Part shown: positions 40,601-49,200 of the stretch, piece by piece
Position numbering within the stretch: the stretch's first letter is position 1
Layout of the letters: every line of letters starts with the position of its first letter
Source of the DNA: a virus
Taxonomy: Duplodnaviria; Caudoviricetes
Virus record (IMG/VR): IMGVR_UViG_3300033145_002422
Direction: 5' to 3' (one strand)
DNA: 64,000 nucleotides
The notes under the pieces: model-generated
The model's input: the letters and a program-made list of their open reading frames with translations, nothing else
What the model was told of the DNA's origin: nothing
Databases searched by the model: none
Made by a program: the position numbers and the translations under genes

Positions 40601-42048
40601 AAGATGTTGAAGAAATAGCATTTAAATGTGGATATACTACATCTGTATCATATCAAAGTGTAGAAGAACAAAATAATAAAAAGAAAAAGTACTATAATAA
40701 ATCTGGATATGAATATATTTCTAAGAAAGGAAGATGGATTATATGTATAAGCAAAAACTTTAAGGGAAAATATCCAACTCTTCAGTCTAAAAAATCTATA
40801 TTTGCAGGAAAAGAGATTACAAAAGAAAATTACAAAGGTAGGGTATATTGTTTTTCTGTTCCTCATGGTTTGTTTGTGACAAAGCGTAATGATAAAATTA
40901 CGATACAGGGAAATTCGTCGGCACAAGTCGGCGTTGAGACAATGATTAGAAGACTTGAGAACTGGAGAAACACTTTATCAGAATGGGTTGAAAATAATGT
41001 ATTTGTTCCAATTTCTATGATGCAGGGATTTATAGATGAGGATGAAACTAAAACTATTGGAGAAACTATGTTTTTATATCCAACAATTAAATGGAATGAT
41101 TTAAATCTTAGAGATAAAACAAATCATTATCAAACAATGATGCAATTACATGAAAGACAGATTATAAGTACTAGGACATTGTTAGAAGACCTTGATTTAG
41201 ATTATGATCAAGAAATTCAGAGAATTAGAGAAGAAGCTGTTATGGCTGGTCCTCAAGGACAAATGGGTGGCGGAGCTATGCCTCCGATGGGTGGCGGAGC
41301 TATGCCTCCGATGGGTGGCGGAGCTATGCCTCCGATGGGTGGCGGAGCTATGCCTGGTGGGGAGATGTTAGGCGGAATGCCAGGCGGAATGCCAGGCGGA
41401 ATGCCAGGCGGGGAGATGCCAGGTGGGATGCCGATGGGAGGAGCTGTTCCAGGTGGAGTAGGGGCAGCATCATCTCCTATGGGTAGTCTGAAGATAGGGA
41501 AAAAAGGAAAAGGTGGAAAAAATTTAGAAGATCAAATGAAAGTTCCTCCTCCTAAATTTATTAAATTAACTAGATTAGAACAGCAGATGTATAAAACATT
41601 ACAAGAGCTAGAATTCCCTTATCAATTATTTGGGCAGTATCAAGTCGTAATTCCTGGTAATCAAAGACCTTATATACTTGATTTTGCATACCCATCTATA
41701 GGTATTGGTATAGAAACAGATGGAGAAATATGGCATGAAAGTATTGAAAATAAATCAAGAGATCAAGATAGAGATAATAAGTTAGCAAGTGTTGGTTGGA
41801 GAATATTAAGATTTAAGCAATCTGCAATAGAGGAGAGTATGGAAGAAATTAAGAAAGTAATATATCAGAATGTAGTTGATGCATCGAGAGAAAAAACTAA
41901 GAGAGTCAAGAGATCGGAAGAAGATTCAACTTTAATTAAAGAAGCTTCAGTAGAAACTTTATTTGAATATATAGATGATAATGATGTAAAATATCATACT
42001 GAAGAAATGGATAACGGTCTTGGTACTATTTATATTATTGGGAAATAA
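37651..42048 (+). CDS. Portal protein with two inteins, a Gly/Met/Pro linker and a C-terminal DUF559-like nuclease domain
   Basis: EP.VAAGVD.YS.FP, EYYLLGDVF, VLNPD, YGT.YGTS.L; lies upstream of the protease and capsid genes. Confidence 0.85.
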   Translation: MAIKFHLPDKNTDKKKMAASSGSYHSSTQKTQMRYASSQSVNLPITKNSQYAGSAANVTMTQPMFFSPLHTPQNWQIASKRREIYQWSRFYYENEPKVAAGVDFYSQFPMNGFRLECKSKKILKYFEKIVKDLRLNHWLKLISHEYYLLGDVFPFLEIECPICGGSGVDLEGNLCNHPGGKIKRIVVLNPDWIEVQQNVIASEPLVALIPDEELRMIVTRRQPKQIYDRLPAKLIEMVSTGQPIPLSNRCVSHLKHNASPYGTYGTSMLRRLFTMLAYKTKLITANWIVAERLILPVRVVKIGDKDRPASVDDIADASNQLSAVANDPNLTIVTHHAFDYEWYGACYSSDTEILTKDGWKHFYDISDNGIEVATYNKDSGKMEYQMPLEYHEYDFKSNSKLKMYHFNHKSVDVMVTPNHRMLIERNGKMMEIYSQDVKHDDKFVSTADWDGQIPDVMPYKKSALSHMSLDDYLRFIGYYISEGGLKIEKNKNLVKDKIIQACSISQSKFSDCYNDIEDAVCTAYSKYSTYHDDRGSGCSLFGINSVEIARYLAAEFGTHAYNKTIPSWIKNLPKDRLKVLYDAMMSGDGDVREDGEKPRYRYVTTSKNLADDFSEICFKLGYFTTTQKEKYTKSKNRRNIYRLYWSEKRKETKFNIRKQHISREEYNGKVYCVKVPNSWLVVRRNGRISIQGNTGKIHNITSELEQIGKELLDGLMLNQSLLNGEMGAYCHSEDTLTLTDSGFKRYDEITKKDKIACYNPDTKKLEYHKYKEKYVYDYNGEMVNFKTDKIDIKVTPNHRMFIQPRGKKGFRFIEAKDVRARAKLIQSVDGFDGSYQKEITIGDETYSIYDFCQMIGYYASEGSVSEEKRENRIKGIKTLNIHQSINGKARSGICELYSRMFDTGYESENSVSIYKPELAKYLSENCGRHSYFKKIPQFVKNLSSECLEVVLKALLDGDGSYNISNDGRKNGHYRYYTSSDQLAKDVEEIAFKCGYTTSVSYQSVEEQNNKKKKYYNKSGYEYISKKGRWIICISKNFKGKYPTLQSKKSIFAGKEITKENYKGRVYCFSVPHGLFVTKRNDKITIQGNSSAQVGVETMIRRLENWRNTLSEWVENNVFVPISMMQGFIDEDETKTIGETMFLYPTIKWNDLNLRDKTNHYQTMMQLHERQIISTRTLLEDLDLDYDQEIQRIREEAVMAGPQGQMGGGAMPPMGGGAMPPMGGGAMPPMGGGAMPGGEMLGGMPGGMPGGMPGGEMPGGMPMGGAVPGGVGAASSPMGSLKIGKKGKGGKNLEDQMKVPPPKFIKLTRLEQQMYKTLQELEFPYQLFGQYQVVIPGNQRPYILDFAYPSIGIGIETDGEIWHESIENKSRDQDRDNKLASVGWRILRFKQSAIEESMEEIKKVIYQNVVDASREKTKRVKRSEEDSTLIKEASVETLFEYIDDNDVKYHTEEMDNGLGTIYIIGK
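38686..39729 (+). mobile_element. Portal intein 1 (348 aa, LAGLIDADG)
   Basis: YGA|CYSSDTEIL...VTPNH...ISIQGN|T; IGYYISEG and AMMSGDG. Confidence 0.92.
39838..40914 (+). mobile_element. Portal intein 2 (359 aa, LAGLIDADG)
   Basis: GAY|CHSEDTLTL...VTPNH...ITIQGN|S; IGYYASEG and ALLDGDG. Confidence 0.92.
41263..41410 (+). repeat. 24-bp (MGGGAMPP) x about 3.9 and 12-bp (GGMP) x3 tandem repeats in the portal gene
   Basis: atgggtggcggagctatgcctccg and ggcggaatgcca repeats. Confidence 0.9.
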
Positions 42049-42050
42049 CA

Positions 42051-42488
42051 ATGGAAAAAAATGGTTTTAATTTTTCTAAGTTCAAAATGGCTGGAAGGAA
42101 AAGAATTAGAGATAGAGGTATCACTTGGAAAGAATCATATAAAGAGAAATCAGAACCTTTGAAAAGAAGATTTGATAAAGCTATAGGTGATGGATCATAT
42201 TATAGATGGGAAGGTCATGATTTTACTACAGATTCTGATTATTTTGTTGTAGTTGGACCTGCTAAAACCAGGAATGATAGAAAAATGTTTTTTTCTGGAG
42301 TAAAGAAATTGCCTCCTAAATTTAAAAGAAAAAAAATATATGCACCAAGCGGAAAATATTTTACTAATATTTTATCTGCTATTAGCCATGCTAGCAAAAT
42401 GTGGGGAGTTAGGTTCCCTCCAAACCAAGTAAATTATACTCAAGCAGATTTGGCAGAAGTTAATATCCCTAGACATATAAAAGCTTAG
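42051..42488 (+). CDS. Hypothetical basic protein
   Basis: ORF directly after the portal; FNFSKFKMAG start. Confidence 0.65.
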   Translation: MEKNGFNFSKFKMAGRKRIRDRGITWKESYKEKSEPLKRRFDKAIGDGSYYRWEGHDFTTDSDYFVVVGPAKTRNDRKMFFSGVKKLPPKFKRKKIYAPSGKYFTNILSAISHASKMWGVRFPPNQVNYTQADLAEVNIPRHIKA

Positions 42489-42503
42489 TTTTTTATTAAA
42501 AAA

Positions 42504-42533
42504 AGAGGAATTTTTATTTCTATTTTTAATTAA
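42504..42533 (+). promoter_or_regulatory. Putative phage late promoter
   Basis: AGAGG-N17-TTAATTA. Confidence 0.45.
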
Positions 42534-42577
42534 TAATTATAGGATGAATTTTGTAAATTATTATTTAGGGATAGAAA

Positions 42578-43207
42578 ATGGATATAACTCAAGAATTATT
42601 ATTAAATGGAGCATTGGCTTTTTTAATTATAAAAGAAGTTTTGCAATTTGTTGTTATTTTTCTTAGAAAAAAAACCATAAGTGGCGAAATGAAATCTATA
42701 GTTAATAATGTTAATAATAATCATCAATTGTTACTTTCTACTATTAATAATATGAGTAGTAATGGTATAGAAAAAAATAAAATTATTTTAAATAGATTTA
42801 AAGAATTAGAAACGGATATAGAAATGTTATTGAAACAATCTAGTGCAATGTATAATTGGCATGATGCTAGAGATGATGATGGAGTTTTTGTATGGTATGT
42901 AAGAAAAAGTTTAGCTAAATCAATAGATGGCGTTACTACATCTTTACTTATTCAAAATGATGCTTTAAAACAAATTATTTTATCTAATAAAGAATTGATG
43001 AAAGAATACTTGGAGATATATTCTATAGTTAGAGAAAGTCAGAAATCTATAGAAGAAAATAGAGGTTTAATAAATCGATATAAAACACTTAAAGAAGATA
43101 TAAAAAATGATTTAGAAAAGATGCCATTATATATGAAAGATTGTAGGGATTTGTTAATTGAATCTGTTAGGAATGAAATTAAGAATGAAATAAGGAATAT
43201 AAAATAG
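42578..43207 (+). CDS. Membrane-anchored coiled-coil protein
   Basis: N-terminal hydrophobic helix, DDDGVFVWYV motif, heptad pattern. Confidence 0.55.
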   Translation: MDITQELLLNGALAFLIIKEVLQFVVIFLRKKTISGEMKSIVNNVNNNHQLLLSTINNMSSNGIEKNKIILNRFKELETDIEMLLKQSSAMYNWHDARDDDGVFVWYVRKSLAKSIDGVTTSLLIQNDALKQIILSNKELMKEYLEIYSIVRESQKSIEENRGLINRYKTLKEDIKNDLEKMPLYMKDCRDLLIESVRNEIKNEIRNIK

Positions 43208-43218
43208 GAATATAAAAA

Positions 43219-46200
43219 ATGAGTATAATAAAAAAAGCTATAAAAATAGGAGAAATGGTAGAATTTGAGACTCTTAATAAACCGAAGTGGTTAGAGTATA
43301 ATATGTCTAAGTTTGCTTCTATGAATATGAGCAGTGATGGTTTGGGTGGATTTGATTTGAAAAATGCTATATCAAAGAATCCAGATCATTTATTTGCTAA
43401 AATATTTGCTATTAAAAAGGATGAAGTAAATGATAATGGGGATGCATTCCCAGAAGAAGAGTTGAGGCTGGCCGCTGAAACTTTTATTGGAGTTCCTATT
43501 TTTTGCAATCATCAAAATGATGATATAGAAAAAGCTAGGGGTAAATGTGTTCATGCATGGTATGATGAATCTAAAGGTGGTATATATATTATTTCCATGG
43601 TTGATAGAGTTGCGTATCCTAGATTGGCAAGGGGAATAGAACAGGGATATGTTAATGGAACGTCTATGGGAGCATCAAGAGGTCATGATTTAGTATTAAT
43701 GAGTAATGGAGACAATAGGAGAGTAGATAAATTGGTTGTAGATGATGAGATTGTTACTCATAGTGGCAAAAAAGAAAAAGTAAAAGTTATATGTAAAACT
43801 CAAGAGCATGAAGAATTATACAATATAACGTGGAATGGAGGAAACAGTTTAGCGTTAAGTTATGAACATCCTGTTTTAATATTGTCTCAGGAAGATATTT
43901 ATTATACTTGTCCTAATGGGAAAAAGTATAGAAAAACTATAGAAGATATAAATAACATAAAAGCTGTTTTTAGAGAAGCTAGTTTGGTGAAAACGGGTGA
44001 TTATGTATTAGAATATATTAATAATGATGTAAAAAATATAGATGGAATAGATGATGATATGGCTTTTATTTTAGGCGTTTATGCCGCAGAAGGATATGTT
44101 TCTGAGAAATCTGTAGGTTTTTGTTTTGGGTTAGATGAAGAATGTATTAATGGTAATTTTACTAAATTAGTCAAGTTATTAAATGAAAAATACCCAGAAT
44201 GTAAAATAAGAATAGATAAAGTTATAGAAAGAAATGGTTTATATATTGTCACGTGGAATCCTGAATTAGCAGATAATTGTAAAAAATATATAGGATGTGG
44301 TAGCCATAATAAATTTGTTCATAACGATTTATTGACATTGGATACAGAAAAACAAAAGATATTTTTATCAGCTTATTTAGATGGTGATGGGTGTATAGTA
44401 AGAAATAGAATATTGAAAGATGGAAATAGTTCTGGACAAGGTTCGATGCAAGTATCATCTGCATCTGAGAGGTTGCTTAGTGGAATTAGAAAGATTTGCT
44501 TAAGAATTAAAGTACCAGCAACTTTGAGTGCTCATGAAAGAATTGCTTCATCATCTACTATTATGAATAATAATACAGAATATACTGAATATATACTGTA
44601 TATGACTAATTCTATTTCTGAAAAACTAGAGAAATATAGTTTAAAAGCTAGAAATAATAAAAAAGCTATTCAAAATAAGTTTGATTCGTTTTTTTACGAT
44701 AATAAAAAATATATAGCTCATAGAGTTAAATCAATCGAAATTATTAATAACGATCAGCCTACTTATTATGTTCAAATAGGGGATACTGATGATAGCAATA
44801 GTGACCATAGTTATATTCTAAATGGTATCGCAACTCATAATTGTTCTGTAGAATATTCAGTATGTTCAATTTGTCATAATAAGGCTCATACAGCAGATGA
44901 GTATTGTGAACATATTAAAAATCATAAAAATAGAAAACATTCAGGAGAAATTGATTGCCAGTTTAAAAAAAGTTTATCAAAACCAGCAGGTGATTGCCCT
45001 ATTTGCGGAAATTCAAGTGGTAAATTAAAACATAAAGAAGCAAATGTATATGAGTTTAACTATGGAGTTAAATTTATAGAGGATAGTTTTGTAGTTAACC
45101 CGGCATGTCATGATTGTTTAGTCGAAGATATTCTTAATCTTTCAGAATTGGCAAGAAAAGTAGCTTATTTGAAGGATAGGGTAGAAAAATTATCTTCTTG
45201 TCCTTCTGGAACTTGTGCAACAAATTCTAATATGATTAAAGCTGCTGGAAAAAAGGAAATAGATGACCTTCATGAGGCAATGGATAAAATAGAAAGAGTA
45301 GCTAAAAGTATGATGTCTCAAAAGGCTCATGTTTCTATGGAATATGTAAGTGATTTAGTTGATGCGCTAGCTAGTGTACAGTCAATTACTGATGAATTGA
45401 TAGAAATGGGATATATTCAACTTCCATCTCCTACAACTGGAGTTGAAGAAGTTGAACTCCCTAAAACATCTACTGGTGAGGTTGATGAAAAAATTGTTCC
45501 GCAGCCACAAATGCAGCAACAAATGCAACAACAACCATCTATTCCAACGCCTCCAGAAGTAGCCGCTGAGAATATTGGCGAGCTTGGAAGTATTACTAAA
45601 CCGAAATTTTCTTTTGAAAATAATGAAAAAAATAAAAAAATAAAAGAGGATTTTTTATCTAAATATGCTAATTTGAAAGAACAGGTTGTTTTATTGCAAT
45701 CTATGTTAGGTAAACTATATTTTGATAGTACTAATAATTCAACAAATAAGGAGTCTAAGATAATGGATAACAAGAAGACTAGTTCAAGTGAAAGTGAGGA
45801 TATAAAGGTAGCAGAACATTCTAATGATGTTATTACTGAAAAACAACTTGATGCAGTTGAAACTGAAGGTTTAGGAAAACGAATTGATAAATCTCCTGAT
45901 GTTATTATGGAGAAGGAGTTGGATAAGGCTCCTTATACAAAAGTTAATTTTACTAATAGTGATAGCCCAACTGAAAGGTCTGGGTCATATGAAACTATTA
46001 CTGAAGATCAGCTTGAAACTATTAGTAGTATTAATGCTGCCAGATGGAATGACTTCCCAGAAGTTATTACAGAAAAACAATGGACTGAAGCTCATAGAGC
46101 TGTTGGTTCTGTCCTTAGTCAGGATCAGTCTGAAGTTATTACTGAAAAGCAGCTTGTTGATTTCTTAGATAAACACAGATATACTACTGATTTAGATATT

Positions 46201-49200
46201 ATTACTGAAAAGCAATTAGATGCTGCAAAGACGGATCAAACACAGAGATGGGCATATAAATATGATGCTAAATCTCTTGTTAAAAAAGCGGAAGAAGTTA
46301 TTTCTGATGCTATAGCATATTATAATAAAACTCCAGATGAAGTTATAACTGCTGCTTCTTATTTTAATGATAGTCCAAAGAATATAGATAAGGCTTCTTT
46401 ACTTGTTTTGATTAATGCACTTCCGAATAAATCAGCTAATAGAAATAATGAAAAGAAAAGATACCAGTATTTTTCTAAGTTAGCTTCTAGTAGCGTTAAG
46501 ACTCCTAATACAATAGATTCTCTTATTATTAGTATGGCAGATCATATTGGCGAAGTTAAAGCTGATGATTTAATTCAAGCTGTTAAGCATGTAGCTAATA
46601 GTGAAAAATCAATGAGAAGGATTAATGAACTTGTTTCTATTAAGTTGTCTTCTGAAATTGATAATATAAAAGTTTTAGATAAAACTTCCCAATTGGAAAA
46701 CGCTATAAAAGAAATTGGTAAACCAGAAGATGGAGTTTATCAGGTTCATGCTAGTGTTGAAGAAATTGGTGTAAGTTCTCAGAATAAAAAAGCATTTTTA
46801 AAGGGTGTTATAAAATTAGCAAATCAAGAAATTGCTAATGATATAGGCGAGAAAATAGATACTGGTTTGGTTAAAGTTGATTTGGATGAGGAAAATGGAG
46901 TTGTTGTAGCTACACTTAAGGATAATAATATATTGACTGAAGAAGAAAAAGATTCCTTAATAAAAACATATGCATGGCTTAATAGTAAGGATGAAGCAGT
47001 AGTAAAGGATGATGAAGATAAAGATATTTGTGAAACAAAGACAGATGAAACCGATAAAGCGGCAAATGTAGTTGCATCTGCGAATAAAGAATCTTTAGTT
47101 AAAGAGTCCCAGATGTTTGGGGGAGAAATGGGCGGTCAAGGCGGAGCTTCTCAGGCTCCTGGCGCTGGTGCTACTCTTCCTCAACCTCCAGCAGCAGGTG
47201 CTGCTCAACCTCCGCTTGAGAGTTTTGAGCAGTCTGATCTTTCTATAGAACCAGAAGACGAAATGGGTTCTATGCAACCAAAACCTCCGGGAACTATGTG
47301 TGCTGTTTGTGGAAGCGATGATGTAGATGTTGTTAAGGGTGAAGGAAAGTGTAATAATTGTGGAGCAGAATTTAAATATAAAGTTGATATAGAAATTACT
47401 AAATATCCAGGAATTATGGATAATGATACGTCTGATGAAAATCAGGATGTTGAATCATCTAATACTGAAGAGGGTATGGAAGCTGGATTACCAGCAGGAG
47501 AAGGATTTGCTATGCCAGAGGGCGGCGCTCCTACGGCTATGCCGATGGCTGCTTCTGTAAAAAATGATTCAGTTCGTAAGTTTGCAGGATTTGCAATGAT
47601 GACTCAGTTAAAACCAGAAGTCGTATCGAAATCTAAATCAGTAAAGATTGGTTCAGTAAGTCCAATTACTGGTTCAACAAATACGCTAAGTCTTGGAAAT
47701 GGTATATATGCATGTTTAGATACAGGTATTAAATATAAACTATCGTTTGCTATACAAAAGGATAATCCTAAAAATATATATGCTGAGTGGAGATGGAATC
47801 CAGCAACAACTGTTGAATGCGAAGGTTGCTCAAGAGCTAAAAAGGCTTTTGTAGATTCTTTAAAATCAATCGGAATGGAAGAAAATGCGTTTGATGCTTT
47901 AAGTTTGAAAGAAAAGGGTAAGACTATTCTTGCTATGAAGGAAAAAGGATTATTTAATCATATTAAGACTGCTTCTAAGAAATCAGGATCAGTCATTGCT
48001 GAATATAAGCAAGCTTATGGAGAATTTAGCGATAAATTCCCAATAGAGTCGTGTGTAGAGAAGCTAGCTCGTAGATATGGAAAAGATGCTTTAGCTTTAA
48101 GCGGTCCATGTGAAGGGAAGCCATTAGCAGATTGTGTATGTAATACTCTTAAGAAGGCTGGAGTTTTCTCTTATGGATTAGCTATGAAAGTAGCTAGTAT
48201 ATGGACAGATAAATCCGGAACAGTAGAATGTTTAGAAGATTGTGTAAGGCAGGGATTTGATCTCAAGCAAGCATCTTCTGTTTGTGAAGCTTTAAGAGCA
48301 AAGTATGCTCAGTTTGATGATCAATTCGCTGATGAGTTAGAATCAGATTTTAATGATGATGATGATGATGATATAAATAATACAGATGATGATGTTGATG
48401 TAGATGTTGGATTCATGGATGATAATGATCCATTTGAAGATGAAGGATCTGGTTCTGTAACTGTTTCGCTTCCATTGGAAGTTTTGGAACAGATTGATGA
48501 GGCTATAGATGTTGCTATAGGAGAAAATGCAGAAGGAGAATCTCATCATAACCAGGAAATACCAGATGTTGATGTTGCCGTAGATATTCCAGAAGGTGCA
48601 GCAGATGTTATTGATGAAGTATCTGATGAAGCACTTGATGAGAATTTAGATATAGATGAAAGATCTGAATCTGATGAAATAGAAGAAGGAGATATGTCTG
48701 ATGGATCAGAGGTTGATGTTGTTGTAGATGTTCCTGGTGATTCAACTATGAATGAAGATGTTAAAGATTTAGAGGGTGGAGAAATTGATTCTTATTCTGG
48801 AAGTAAGAAGGGGCCAGGAATTCCAGATGGGACAGGGCCAGGAAGTCGTGGAGATAAGAAAAATTTAGGTGTTCCAGATGGTACAGGCCCAGGAAGAAAT
48901 TCTGATGAGTGTCCATTTAATGAAGATAAAGATGAAGACGAAGATGAAGAAAAAGACGAAGATGAAGAAAAAAATAAAAATAATAAAGGAAAAAATGATG
49001 AAGATTCAGAACTAGATGAAGAAGAGCCTTCTGATGAAGGGGAAGAGTTTAAAAAAGGACAAGACCAAATAGGAACACAATCTGATATGAATGAATTTGA
49101 ATCCCAGGCTAATTCAATGAAGTCTGGATATATAGGACATACTGGGGAGGTTAATCTTGACCTTTCTAGAGTTGTTGAACTTTTAAATAAGAAAGCTTCA

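Noticed and set aside
33626-41410. GC-rich tandem repeats as regulatory or CRISPR-like elements
   Set aside because: Units are multiples of 3 and encode low-complexity linkers in frame
43672-44841. Class 3 intein
   Set aside because: Block B Trp and block F Cys of the WCT signature are absent; only the block G Thr is present
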